From a virus (lineage: Duplodnaviria; Caudoviricetes): DNA of 64,000 nucleotides. Below are positions 19,838-30,932 of the stretch, in pieces. How positions within the stretch are numbered: the first letter of the stretch is position 1; each line of letters opens with the position of its first letter. The stretch is taken from IMG/VR virus record IMGVR_UViG_3300018494_000083. The stretch is one strand, 5' to 3'. The position numbers were made by a program, and so were the translations under genes. Under the pieces are notes generated by a model that worked only from the letters and a program-made list of their open reading frames with translations, did not search any database and had not been told where the DNA came from.

Positions 19838-21028
19838 TTATTTACAACATTGGAAAATTTCAAATACGAAGCATGTATAAATTGCCTTACGATAGTTATC
19901 CAACGAAGTCTTACCACGGCTGATAAAGTTTCTTCCGTATTTATCGGAAGTCAGATCAATCCAGTGGAGAAGAATGTCTTTAACCTTATAGGTAACAGGG
20001 TCTTGAGCATTGCTCTTATAGACCTGCATGCTTTCGGAAATGAATTTCATAGTTTTGACATCCTCGATAGTATTCGAGTTGCCCTTGTAAATGAATAGAG
20101 TCAAGATATGACTTATCATTATAGGAATATTGGGAATATCCATCTCAATAATAGTCCGAAGCATTGCATCCAGTTTCTTTTCAGATACACCAGGGTTAAG
20201 TGCAATCGAACGTTTGATTACATTATTCTGGTCAAAGCCTTTAGACACAATTTCAGATGTGACATTTTGGACTACTCTATCTATCTTGAAAGAGATATTA
20301 TCTGATAAATGGAAATTTTCCTCGGATGTATCTTCATCCTCATGGAATAAATATTTACCGTTTTTGCGGTTCTCATAAAACTCGTCTGCAATGTACTTTA
20401 CGAAAGAACTGATACGAGCATCCAAAGAGGAAATAATCTGACTGAAGTCGTCATCTTGTCCTCTACGGATTTCCATACTGAATCGTCCATGCATTGCCTC
20501 AAAGACAGTATGCTCGATTACACCATGGATAGTACCAAGTTTCTTAAGTAGGTATCTATTATTAAGATTATTGATTGTATAGTCCATAATCTGCTTGTTA
20601 GGGCAGTATGGGAAGAATGCTTTATGATTAGTTGTGTATAGTAAGTACCCAAGATAAACTGTGAGGGCATCTGCGTACGACATGCTCTTGGCATCACCCT
20701 TCTTAGAGAAGTAGTGAATAGTTAACAGCATGAGCATGTAGAATGGATTAGTTGCCTTCTTCCAGTTATCAGGAATCAAAGGAGCGTCACTTACAGCTTT
20801 CTTTACTTCAACTTCCGAGATGCCAGTTGCATTAAAGATTACCTTTTTATCAGTATCAGCAAAGATTAAACGCTGGGACATATCTGTAGTAAGCAGAATT
20901 TCAGAGTGCTTATCGGCATACTTTTGTACGCCAGTAAGAAGTGCTCTGATGTTTCTCTGCTCGCTTAAAGCTTCTTCGATTTGCGGGTAAAGTCTTTCAA
21001 CTAATACAAATTTTTCTTTGTTATCCAT
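19838..21028 (-). CDS. Hypothetical protein
   Basis: 396 aa ORF with GAGG RBS. Confidence 0.8.
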   Translation of the reverse strand: MDNKEKFVLVERLYPQIEEALSEQRNIRALLTGVQKYADKHSEILLTTDMSQRLIFADTDKKVIFNATGISEVEVKKAVSDAPLIPDNWKKATNPFYMLMLLTIHYFSKKGDAKSMSYADALTVYLGYLLYTTNHKAFFPYCPNKQIMDYTINNLNNRYLLKKLGTIHGVIEHTVFEAMHGRFSMEIRRGQDDDFSQIISSLDARISSFVKYIADEFYENRKNGKYLFHEDEDTSEENFHLSDNISFKIDRVVQNVTSEIVSKGFDQNNVIKRSIALNPGVSEKKLDAMLRTIIEMDIPNIPIMISHILTLFIYKGNSNTIEDVKTMKFISESMQVYKSNAQDPVTYKVKDILLHWIDLTSDKYGRNFISRGKTSLDNYRKAIYTCFVFEIFQCCK

Positions 21029-21097
21029 GACTTATACCTCTCTAAATCTTAATTATATGATTGTTCCAGGGATATTTGAATAAAAAAAAGAAAGATA

Positions 21098-21127
21098 AAC
21101 CCCATGGGAAATTAATCCCATGGGGTT
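21098..21127 (-). terminator. Intrinsic terminator closing the large non-coding region
   Basis: AACCCCATGGGA-aattaa-TCCCATGGGGTT hairpin, T-rich tail on the minus strand. Confidence 0.75.
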
Positions 21128-21129
21128 AT

Positions 21130-23135
21130 TTTTCTCGGCTACCGACGCAGAACATGAGTGTCTCTGTGTATAACTGTTTCTCCCTGCGCCCCTCATCGTG
21201 TCTTCCTCTATGGCTATAATATGTATTATTTCCATATGGTTGAACACCCTCATCCAATTAACTAATAAGGAGACTCTTGTTGGCGTAGTTTTGTTACGCA
21301 ATCGCCTACATTAATTAACTTAGTCACCTTTCGGGACTCGTCCTCGCCTCACATCATATAACGACACCCAATGACTGGGTGTCAAAAAGTTAAGGTGAGC
21401 TATTACCCATTGTAACTTCTCTACCTTATAGTGGTAGGTACGGATAAATTACATAGGTCCCAGGTCACTCATTTCTGGGGCTCTTCATGGTCTCTCCATA
21501 TTGAGGATCAATTTGAGGCTTACCATTATTGCCACCCTCTTAATGAAGGCTCTAGAAAGGACATTAAGTCTTTACATTAGCGGCTGGAGGTGTCGTAAAG
21601 AACAACGTAGAACTTCGACAAAATGTACCGCCCGGCATGTCGACTTGACCCATGCCGATATCGAGAAGCCAGCAATCGCGGGAAACATCACATTCATCAA
21701 ATGACTGTACCGGATTCACTTAATAAATTGAAAGACCGAGAATGCTAGCTGGATTGTGCCCACGACTGCTCTAGCATATCATGGGCGGATAGAAGACAGC
21801 GACTGCTCTAGCATATCGCCGTCTGAAAGGAAAGATGTTAAAGTCGTGTGCTCTAATTTAGAGACGTGTCAGGCTCTAACATCAACATGGGAGATTTGAG
21901 CTTCGAACTCACTGTCGCTTTGTTGATCTCTTTATCATAACGACATCCATCTGGGTCTGCGGCTTCCCACTAACCTCGAAATGACTCTGATTTCAACTAA
22001 CACAGAATCTCCATTTAGAAATTTGACAACCGGTCTAGAGACGTATATCACGGGACCATACGATCATATATACGCTATAGTTTAACTCTAGCTTGGCTCT
22101 ACTCTCATTCCACGTGCAGAGACCAGTAGATCTATATAGACTATCTTTCGATAGTTATATTTAGCTGGAGCAGATTTACTGTGCTTCGAATCACAGCTTT
22201 CCCAAACCTGCCAGAAACGTGCACCTTTTTACCAGCCGCAACGTAGCACTCCGTTACTTGGGCGATGTTTGAAACATCAACATATCTCATGCCCCGTGAG
22301 AGGTTCTTACTTACAGCGTGACCTACATTATCCATCAAACATACAGCTTTTTACTTACTTCAAGTTTCAAAATCCTTTGGGGAGATCCACTTTGGTAACG
22401 GTACTGTAACCCGGCTCAGAAAGTGCGCCCACCCAGCCAAGGGAGCCCGCTAGAAATGCCCACATGACCGCGATCACCGAACGACTCGGATGCGGATACG
22501 GGGGGATGTGCGGGCGGCGGCGAAGCAGCACCAAGTATATGTGTCTTAGCCCAGTCCTTAATATGTCGATGCTATGAGCGTTAAACCAAAAGTTCGTCAG
22601 AATTTTACTGACCGAGAACCTCGGGCATCGATAAATAAAAATAAGAGAGATACTTCATATCATCGCTTGACTATTTGATATATGAGTTTAACGTGTCTGT
22701 CGGATTCGACGGCAACGGCAAAGCAATTCGTTGATAAGACACTATGAAAACTCTAATAGGTTGATCACCGATGAAAAAGGATGCATTAAAAAATGACACG
22801 TATCCATAATGAAGGAAGCAATGGTACAAATGTCACAAGCGGCAAAAATGCAATCGCTCCAAAGCAATTTGGGGCTGGAAGATCGTCCTCCTTTTCATGA
22901 CAAAGCCAAACAGTTCTTAGATTACGAGAAACAAACAAGAAAACTTCAATTCGCAGGATAACAAGAAGGAATGTGAAGTCGTTGAATCTAGAATCAAATA
23001 TGAGTATCTCTCTATGGTGTTAGGTGGAGGGTATGACCCTCCCATTGGGTTTCCTGTGAGCAGTGTTTATTCTTCCTCGTGGGCAACGGGATTACCGGAG
23101 AAACCAAAGAACACAAATGTTACCTAACATATGGT
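21130..23135 (-). ncRNA. Putative giant structured non-coding RNA (~2 kb); strand inferred
   Basis: No credible ORF, higher GC than flanks, many hairpins and long-range stems (22644-22660 with 22998-23013; 23017-23025 with 23122-23130; ~22566-22572 with ~22625-22631). Confidence 0.6.
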
Positions 23136-23264
23136 AATAATTTGTTAGAGAGTGTATTATTTTTTATTCTCACTAACCCATTATCGTAATTATAATATAT
23201 AATTATCTTTTGTGATAATCCAAATAAATGAGGGGATAGTTTTGTCTATCCCCTCACCATTTGT

Positions 23265-25694
23265 TTACTTGTACATGATTTCAAATGCGTAGTCAACCAT
23301 CTTCAGCTCTGCTGCTCTTTCAGGTTTACCCAATCTGTTCAATGCCTTGATGTTCATATGATCAAGACAGAATACACCCATGGTTGTACAGATGTACATC
23401 GGATTAGGATTAGCTTCAGATACCGAGATGACGTCAACAAGCTGACCACAGGAGCTATTGATTTCTACTACTCTTCCGTTTCTCTTAGTGGCAGGCATAT
23501 TAAGAACTTTGATCTTCTTAACATATCCTCTATCGGTTAAGAGTGTGATACTATCATCTCCAACCTTAATAGTTGTTACACCAATAAGAGTATCGTCTTC
23601 AGGAAGCTTACATGCAGACACACCTTTGGTATTGAACGATGTCGTTTCAAAATCATCAAAGGGGAACATTGCTGCTTTACCACTCTTGGTAAATATCAAT
23701 ATTCTATCATCTTCAGTAGCTATCGAAACACCGCTTAAAGTGTCCTGTTTATCGAGCTTCATCAATACAAAGGATCTTTCCTTGTCGGCAAGTTCCTCAC
23801 AAGATGTCTTGGAAATCATTCCGTTAGTCGTGACAGAAACTACGTACTTTCCATCAGCTTCAGTTTCCGAGATATTGATAGCCTCTACGAATCCGTTATT
23901 CTTGGATCCACATTGAGTATATGCAATACCTACAGATTGGTTGTTACTGTTACCGATATCGGAAACCTTGATAGGTGTACATCTTCCGTCATTGGTAAAC
24001 AGTGCGATTGTGTCACGGTTATTTACAACCATGACCTTTCTCACCTTGTTATTGGTTTCGATTCGACCGATCTTATACCCACGCTCTTCATAAGGAAGCT
24101 TCTTTATATAGTTATCTGTAAAGATAAGATAATGTAAAGTGTCCGGAACCTGGGTAGAATCAAGAAGCTGCATAATCTCAGACTTTCTGGGAGTGCCGTA
24201 TTTCTTGATACCATCTTCAAGTTGTTTGATGATGATTTCATCAATATACTTATGATGATTTGTGATCTTATCGAGTCTGTCTCTTTCTACCAGGAGATCA
24301 GCCAACTCATCTTTGTAGGCTTGCAGTTTGTCTTTCGCCAAGTCTGCAATACGAACGCCGATGATTCGCTCAGCCTGATAGTCGGTGAGTCCCCACTTCT
24401 TCATGATCTTCGGAACTGCATCCTCAGACTTATTATTACGAACGATCTTAATAAACTCATCAATCTGTCCAGATTCAATGACTTTAATAAGAGGCTCAAG
24501 GAAGTGGATTCTCTTCATGACATTTACAAGGTCAGATTTGTAGATTCGTTTCAAGGTTTTTCTTCTTGCACGGATCCACTCGAGAATTGCGATACGAAGA
24601 GTATAGTCTACCGACTCGAGGCTGTTTACAAATGCATATTTCATGACATATGTATTCTCGAGCTGAGTAAGCTTATACAGCTTCTTCATCAATTCTTCTA
24701 TATTATATCCACGACGAACCTCGATGGAAAGACGGAAGTGTTGACCATAGTCACTGGAACATCCGTCAATATCAGAGATTTCAGGAAGTTTACCTTTTTC
24801 TACCGCAGTCCTGATTGCTTGCTTGATAGTCTTAGGGTCTACCTCAAACGGAGCAGATGCAATTTCAATTACATCCTTTCCATCATAATGGTTTCTGGAA
24901 TAGGTGGCTCTCATCTTTGCAGTGAGGTCAATCTTATCCAATACACCATGAAGATCCTTATAGTTAACAAGGTCACATCCTTCAGGATCGTCAGGATACA
25001 ATTCGAATTTAGCATTTGGATCTTTAATCAACTTAATGGTTGCTTCAAAAGCTTCCTTCAAGTTAAATCCAATAAGACCACTGTATCTACCAATACCCAT
25101 AGATCTATCCCACGTGAGCAGGAAGACAGGGTACTTGGAAGGAAGATACATTGGTTCAAGACCAGATTCATCAAAGTTGGGAATCCAGTCAACGATCATA
25201 TCTGTTTTGGGATTACGAAGTTTCCATTCTTCAAAGTAACAGTCATAAGCAAAATCAGACATAGTACACTCAGTATAACGCTGATGTGCATATCCAGCAG
25301 AGTCATAGGCGGTACCGAAGTTACCAACACCCTGGATAAATGTAATATTGTTTCCCCAAGGTTGTGCCATCTTTACAAGTGAGTTGTAAGTGGTACTGTC
25401 ACCGTGAGGACTGTAGTGTCTAAGTATATGACCGATTACATGTGTCGACTTAGAAACTTTGCCGTTATAAAGATGTAAATCATATAACGCCATTAAGATT
25501 CGACGGTGAATGGGTTTCAAACCATCCTTGATTTCACGAATTTGGCGGCGGAGATTTACATTGGCACCGTAGATAGCCATGCGGTCAGCATTGTATTCTA
25601 CAGGTTCCATCTTTACGGCGTTTGCATCAATTGCTTTACAGAGACTATCTATATCATAGACTTCTCTTTTACGCATTTGGTCTTTCTTAGCCAT
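23265..25694 (-). CDS. gyrA: Type IIA topoisomerase subunit A (GyrA/ParC-like)
   Basis: DGLKPIHRRIL, YSPHGD, catalytic AHQRYTE, C-terminal beta-pinwheel repeats. Confidence 0.92.
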   Translation of the reverse strand: MAKKDQMRKREVYDIDSLCKAIDANAVKMEPVEYNADRMAIYGANVNLRRQIREIKDGLKPIHRRILMALYDLHLYNGKVSKSTHVIGHILRHYSPHGDSTTYNSLVKMAQPWGNNITFIQGVGNFGTAYDSAGYAHQRYTECTMSDFAYDCYFEEWKLRNPKTDMIVDWIPNFDESGLEPMYLPSKYPVFLLTWDRSMGIGRYSGLIGFNLKEAFEATIKLIKDPNAKFELYPDDPEGCDLVNYKDLHGVLDKIDLTAKMRATYSRNHYDGKDVIEIASAPFEVDPKTIKQAIRTAVEKGKLPEISDIDGCSSDYGQHFRLSIEVRRGYNIEELMKKLYKLTQLENTYVMKYAFVNSLESVDYTLRIAILEWIRARRKTLKRIYKSDLVNVMKRIHFLEPLIKVIESGQIDEFIKIVRNNKSEDAVPKIMKKWGLTDYQAERIIGVRIADLAKDKLQAYKDELADLLVERDRLDKITNHHKYIDEIIIKQLEDGIKKYGTPRKSEIMQLLDSTQVPDTLHYLIFTDNYIKKLPYEERGYKIGRIETNNKVRKVMVVNNRDTIALFTNDGRCTPIKVSDIGNSNNQSVGIAYTQCGSKNNGFVEAINISETEADGKYVVSVTTNGMISKTSCEELADKERSFVLMKLDKQDTLSGVSIATEDDRILIFTKSGKAAMFPFDDFETTSFNTKGVSACKLPEDDTLIGVTTIKVGDDSITLLTDRGYVKKIKVLNMPATKRNGRVVEINSSCGQLVDVISVSEANPNPMYICTTMGVFCLDHMNIKALNRLGKPERAAELKMVDYAFEIMYK

Positions 25695-25715
25695 AAATTA
25701 TCTCCTTAGTGGGTA

Positions 25716-27143
25716 TTAAACGTACAGAGGATCCTCGTCGTCGTCATCTACGATAGTTTCGGCTACCTTGTAGGGCTCACCCTGAAGGATATAGCTTCTG
25801 ATGCGATCCACGGTGTCAACCACAGATCTTGCGAGTTCCTCATACTCTTCTTCAGAGTTGAGACTTCCGTAAAGCTTCATATTCGAGATTCTCTCAGTCT
25901 CATCGACAGAAAGATCGAAGTACTTGAATGCCCACTGAACGCCGGAGATATCACCGGTTTCATTTGTCTCTTCAAGAGTCTCTCTGAGGAAGTCATCGAC
26001 ATTCTTAACAACACCGTTTACAAATACATTGCAGGTGTTCTTGTTGAAGCCGAGAATAAATCCTCTGGGGAATGCGGAAGACATGATGTAGGCTTTTTCG
26101 AAGCTCGGAATATAGGGAATAGTCTTGAGAGCATGTACATACTGCATAAAGGTATCACTGAGCGTGTTGCTGATAGATACCTGATCCAGGTACATTCTTC
26201 CGTTTTCACCGAAAGCTCTCGTAAACTCTTCACGGACCTTATATGCATAGTTACAGAAACTATCGCAGTTTACAGTAACTACAAGAGCATCGCCGATCTT
26301 ATAGAAGGGCTTGCAATGCTCATCCATAGATACGCAGTTGTAGAAGTCAACGAGCATGTTGAAGTTATCCATGAGACAAGGCGTAAAGATTACATCCTTG
26401 TGGAACTCACCGATAAATGCGTACAGCTCAGGCATGCAATACTCGGTTTCAATTGCATCGCCACGATTATAGATGATCTTAATCATCGCAGGGAACGCAT
26501 TCTCATTGATGTGTCCTTCCTTCATAAGCTTAAGCATATCGGGAGCAGTAAAATCAAATGCCGCAGAAGATCCTACTACGTAATTGGTAATATCCTCATC
26601 GGGTTGAAGAGATCCGAAGACAAGCTCATGAATCGCTTCATCCATGGTAACGAGACCAATGTCATAAGGATTGGCACCGTTAAAGCCAGCAAATGCAATG
26701 TCGAGAATATCTCTTGCACAGGTGGCACTCGATACGAGACCGGTAAAGAACTCGACATCGATAGAGTTACAAATGAGATTGAAGTAGAGGTAGCTCATAT
26801 CATCGATAGCATTTACATCATGCAGATACTTGTATACCTCCATATGATCACGAGACACCGTAAAGAACATGTCTTTCGATACTGTGACAAAATCGATTTC
26901 CGAAATATGATCTCTGATCATATTCCATGCATCAGAATTACGATGCAATGTAAACAGAACGCTGATTGCCGATTCGATATCAGGAACATTCTCAAACTGA
27001 TTTACATCAGACTCAGAGAGATTTACGCCGTTATTAATAAGCGACTCAATCTCCATTTCATTGAGGTAGAGAAGGTCCTGGTTGAACTCGACACCGAAGA
27101 GCGAACCATTCAAGATTGCAGGAATCATAGCGTTTGTGTTCAT
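25716..27143 (-). CDS. Hypothetical acidic protein
   Basis: 475 aa ORF, AAGGAG RBS. Confidence 0.8.
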   Translation of the reverse strand: MNTNAMIPAILNGSLFGVEFNQDLLYLNEMEIESLINNGVNLSESDVNQFENVPDIESAISVLFTLHRNSDAWNMIRDHISEIDFVTVSKDMFFTVSRDHMEVYKYLHDVNAIDDMSYLYFNLICNSIDVEFFTGLVSSATCARDILDIAFAGFNGANPYDIGLVTMDEAIHELVFGSLQPDEDITNYVVGSSAAFDFTAPDMLKLMKEGHINENAFPAMIKIIYNRGDAIETEYCMPELYAFIGEFHKDVIFTPCLMDNFNMLVDFYNCVSMDEHCKPFYKIGDALVVTVNCDSFCNYAYKVREEFTRAFGENGRMYLDQVSISNTLSDTFMQYVHALKTIPYIPSFEKAYIMSSAFPRGFILGFNKNTCNVFVNGVVKNVDDFLRETLEETNETGDISGVQWAFKYFDLSVDETERISNMKLYGSLNSEEEYEELARSVVDTVDRIRSYILQGEPYKVAETIVDDDDEDPLYV

Positions 27144-27303
27144 GTGTTTCTCCTTTGTGTTGAATTATTAGATTTTGGACTATTGGATTGTTGATAGTCC
27201 ACTATCATAATAATAGTGTATAATTTAGCCTTCTTATATGGACTTAAAGGAAAAAAATAAAACACCAGTGGGACGTATCCCACTGGTGTCTTTGTGATTT
27301 ATA

Positions 27304-28476
27304 TTAAGCTTCGATCTTGGTGATATAGTGCAACTCAAGAATAACGATCTGCTTCTTAACAGTATTCTTCTTCTTGTGCTGAGAGCCATCGATGACTCTG
27401 ATAACCGCATCGAAAGGATATCCATTCAGGATAACCTCGTAAGACTTAATTCCATACTTGCCGTCAGCCGCTACGGACTGAATAGCAGAGTGAGGAACGC
27501 CGATAGTGCTCATAGCATTCTGTGCAATGAGGTTCGGGATCTTGTGATTGACAATGGAGATACCGGTAATGGTGATTGCAACATCTCTGAAGGTTCCCTC
27601 ATCGGTAGTGATATTCTCGGTGGTCATACCGATTCTATACTTGCCGAGGCTGGAAGTCATCTGATCTGTGTCACTGCTTACGGTGGAGCCTGCCTTGAGA
27701 AGGTAGTCTTTTGCGATCGCGGAAAGAGCCTCATAGGTTCTTGCATTGGACATAAGCATCGTATCCATGAAATCGCTGATTACAGGGATCTCATAAGGGA
27801 TACGAGGCTTTGCTTCCATAGCTGCAGATTCATCGGTTTCTGCTACGACAACCTCTTCGGATTCGTCAACCTTTACTTCTTCAGTTGCATCAGCTACAAC
27901 CTCGGGAACGTTTTCGTCATCGTCACTTTCAACGACTTCGGTAACATCCTCTTCAGTTACAACTTCCTCAACGATAGCTGTATTGGCTTCGGTTTCTTCA
28001 GGATCATCGATTACAGTTTCGGTGATTTCTGTAACCTCGTCGGTCTCAGTCTCAGTGGCTTCAACAGTATCTTCAGCACTGTTCATTTCCTCAAGAGCAG
28101 CAGCGGTAAGATCTACGCTGTTGGTTTCTTCATCTGCGGGGATTTCGTCAACGGTTGTTTCAACAGCTTCATCAACGATATCGTCCTCGAGTACGAACTC
28201 TTCACCGAGGATCTCTTCGATTGCTGCAGTGGGATCTTTACAGAGATCGGACATCTGCATCTTCACGAGACGGAAGTCGACTTTGGTTTCGACCTTTTCA
28301 GTGTAGTCTACTACACTCTTGGCGTACTTTCCGAGAGCTTCAAGAGCCTTTGCTTCCTTCTCTTTTGCTTTGGCTTCTCTTCTTGCCTCTCTGTTGAGTT
28401 TCTTGTTGGATTTGGTTTCATTTGCGGTCTGATTGCTCTCGGCAACAACCGCATTCTTCTTCTTGAAAAGTTTCAT
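27304..28476 (-). CDS. Hypothetical protein with long Glu/Thr/Val-rich acidic linker
   Basis: 390 aa ORF, followed by a terminator at ~27261-27289. Confidence 0.8.
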   Translation of the reverse strand: MKLFKKKNAVVAESNQTANETKSNKKLNREARREAKAKEKEAKALEALGKYAKSVVDYTEKVETKVDFRLVKMQMSDLCKDPTAAIEEILGEEFVLEDDIVDEAVETTVDEIPADEETNSVDLTAAALEEMNSAEDTVEATETETDEVTEITETVIDDPEETEANTAIVEEVVTEEDVTEVVESDDDENVPEVVADATEEVKVDESEEVVVAETDESAAMEAKPRIPYEIPVISDFMDTMLMSNARTYEALSAIAKDYLLKAGSTVSSDTDQMTSSLGKYRIGMTTENITTDEGTFRDVAITITGISIVNHKIPNLIAQNAMSTIGVPHSAIQSVAADGKYGIKSYEVILNGYPFDAVIRVIDGSQHKKKNTVKKQIVILELHYITKIEA

Positions 28477-28574
28477 GGTTATATTTTCCTTTCTTAAATT
28501 AGTTTTTGATTGATGCCGAGATTTGCATTATATCAAATTCAGAACTATATCAGTATCTGATCAATCGCAGCATT

Positions 28575-29273
28575 TTATTCGCAGCACTTAACGTTGGTGT
28601 TCGTCGCATATCCGAGAACGAGGAATACGATCTCGATGATAAGGGCTACTGCCATGAGCTTTGCAATTGCGGTCAGGATGACAGGAAGGAGACGTACAAG
28701 ATATACGGCTACTACGCCTGCAAATGCTACAGAAGCAACAACAGCAAGTACCTTGAAGATTACCTGAATCACAGAAGCACGAGAATTTTCAGCGTTCTCG
28801 TCTACCTTTGCATTCTTGAACAGCTTCTTCATAAGCTTGCTGATGAACTTCGAGCATCTCATAGCGAGAGCTCCGCTCAGTCCGCAGTTGCGAATTTCAG
28901 CTTCACCTGCAGTAAAGTCCTTGGGTGCGAAGAAATTCTTGATCTTAGTCCAGAGATTGGACTTGCTATCGGTGGTGGTTCCCTCTGCAGATGCTTCTGC
29001 TTCGGTGGTCTCGTCGTTCTTCTTTCCGCGACGGAAAATCTTGGTCATGAAACCAAAGAGAGCAGCGATACCGGTGGTGGTGAGAGCGATAATCTTCTTG
29101 AAGATGTTACCGCTTGCCTTTTCCTCAACGACCTCATCTTCCATGGGGTCGTCCTCAACAACGACTTCCTCGTCGTCAGTTACAACTTCCTCAACAACTG
29201 CATCATCAGCTGCTTTGAGGGTTACGTTCTCATTCTCGTTCTCGAGAACATTGGTGTTTTCCATGTTTGCCAT
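28575..29273 (-). CDS. Hypothetical membrane protein
   Basis: 232 aa; acidic N-terminus, hydrophobic C-terminal helices. Confidence 0.75.
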   Translation of the reverse strand: MANMENTNVLENENENVTLKAADDAVVEEVVTDDEEVVVEDDPMEDEVVEEKASGNIFKKIIALTTTGIAALFGFMTKIFRRGKKNDETTEAEASAEGTTTDSKSNLWTKIKNFFAPKDFTAGEAEIRNCGLSGALAMRCSKFISKLMKKLFKNAKVDENAENSRASVIQVIFKVLAVVASVAFAGVVAVYLVRLLPVILTAIAKLMAVALIIEIVFLVLGYATNTNVKCCE

Positions 29274-29320
29274 GATAAAATATCCTTTCGGTAGTTTTGA
29301 TTATTTAGGGATTTTGCGAA

Positions 29321-29584
29321 TCATGCCGCAGCCGGCATTAGGTCGTTACAGCCGGACAGCCGTAAACAAATTCGAGACCAAAGAGAAAATCCAGGAAAGG
29401 ATTTCTTTTCTTTCCTTTTCTTTTTCATCTTCTTCTTGAATTTCTCAGGTAATCTATCGGAATCTTTGTTAAAGAAATACACGATGTGATACCAGAAATT
29501 CTTTAAAGCTTTCTTGACTTTCTTGAAAAGCTTTCGCAAAGTAATGGATCCAGTTACCTTGCCATCTTCGTGTTTGATTGCCAT
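29321..29584 (-). CDS. Small basic hypothetical protein
   Basis: AGGAGG RBS before MAIKHEDGK. Confidence 0.55.
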   Translation of the reverse strand: MAIKHEDGKVTGSITLRKLFKKVKKALKNFWYHIVYFFNKDSDRLPEKFKKKMKKKRKEKKSFPGFSLWSRICLRLSGCNDLMPAAA

Positions 29585-29723
29585 TAGTGTGTCCTCCTTC
29601 TTTGAAACGGCTATCATTTATAACGCCTGATAGTTATTTTATGTGGGCGAATATAATCGGCTGATCAGTTCCTCTTATATCACAAATATAATATATAATT
29701 GATATCCCTGGATTTCCAACTTT

Positions 29724-30032
29724 TTAATCGTCATCAAAGTTGTAAGTATAGGTCATTTTGTAACCGGACTTGACATGCTCATCCGAGTCAACTGCAATAA
29801 TGCATTCTGACATCAAGTTATCCAATGCTTCCTGTACTTTCTTCTTTGACAGATTAAGAGTGTCAGCTATCTGGGATTTATCAATGCGAGCTAAGTGTTT
29901 ACTACCAACTCGACAGCAGAGAAACATAAAGACTCTGAGATCTGTCTTTGAGAGATTCTCATTCTTTGCTACTTCTTCAAATGCCTCGATATCGGTAGAG
30001 AACTTAGAGGAAAATATTAAATGATTACTCAT
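29724..30032 (-). CDS. Winged helix-turn-helix DNA-binding protein
   Basis: LSKTDLRVFMFL...KSQIADTLNLSKKKVQEALDNL pattern. Confidence 0.75.
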   Translation of the reverse strand: MSNHLIFSSKFSTDIEAFEEVAKNENLSKTDLRVFMFLCCRVGSKHLARIDKSQIADTLNLSKKKVQEALDNLMSECIIAVDSDEHVKSGYKMTYTYNFDDD

Positions 30033-30862
30033 CTCCGTTTTCCCTTCCCTTTCTTTGACTTACTCACAGGTCGTTGAAACTTATACGTAATAGATCCGTG
30101 GATTTCATAGACTGTGCCATCTGTCATCTTGTATATATGGGTTGCCATTAACTTACTAGTCTTTGCAGAATAGTCAGTAAGAGGCATATCCGAAATAGTT
30201 AACTTATCCTCAGCTATAGAAAGAACTGCACCGATATCTTTCAGTGCAGCTCTATGAAAGTTATTGAATGTACTCTTAACTGCTGATAGGTTAAAGTTCA
30301 TATTAGTCAATGTATAATTGACAGTATGATGCTTGTTACTATGTATAGGATCTTTACAATCTTCTTGAAGAATTTCATAATTTGTGCTCCACTTCTTCAG
30401 TATTTTAGTAACGATCGATAATACAGTCGCCGCATCGTCTTCCAATTTCTTACTCTCGAGTTCAGTCGTTGTGAATAATGTTGACTTTACGGTATATGAT
30501 CGATTCTTGAGATATTCCTCTGACTCCATCATTACTTTTGCAAGTCCATTAAGTTCCTCAATCAATTGAGGATGCTTTTTCAGGAAGTTCACTATGTTAG
30601 TCGCTAACATAAGTTCATCCTTCAGCTTTCTACGAGTCTTTCTTAAATTGCGAAGCTCTCTACCGAGATAAGTAATATCTTTTGCATACATCTTATCCGG
30701 TATCTCTAAGTCATGCAATAAGTCCTGCTGCTTATTATTGCATTCTGTAACAAAGACAGCATCTTCCGATGCCACCCGTGAACAATGTTCCAGAAACTTA
30801 ACAAACTCAAGTACCTTGTCATGGTTAATAATCAGAGTTTCATTTGCGTTATTATTATCCAT
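30029..30862 (-). CDS. Hypothetical protein
   Basis: ORF with AAGGA RBS. Confidence 0.75.
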   Translation of the reverse strand: MDNNNANETLIINHDKVLEFVKFLEHCSRVASEDAVFVTECNNKQQDLLHDLEIPDKMYAKDITYLGRELRNLRKTRRKLKDELMLATNIVNFLKKHPQLIEELNGLAKVMMESEEYLKNRSYTVKSTLFTTTELESKKLEDDAATVLSIVTKILKKWSTNYEILQEDCKDPIHSNKHHTVNYTLTNMNFNLSAVKSTFNNFHRAALKDIGAVLSIAEDKLTISDMPLTDYSAKTSKLMATHIYKMTDGTVYEIHGSITYKFQRPVSKSKKGKGKRR

Positions 30863-30932
30863 ACGTACTTCATCCTTTCCATAAGAGGGATATACCATTT
30901 CTGGTATATCCCATTAATATAATGCTCGTCAA

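Noticed and set aside
21130-23135. Group II intron, rRNA or tmRNA identity for the large non-coding region
   Set aside because: No domain V consensus, interrupted gene, rRNA signature or tRNA-like ends recognised.
27328-28497. Long antisense ORFs (also 11931-12968, 24222-25382, 26133-27194, 56167-57663, 4340-5089, 46434-47192)
   Set aside because: Shadow frames opposite well-supported genes, with no RBS or recognisable motifs.
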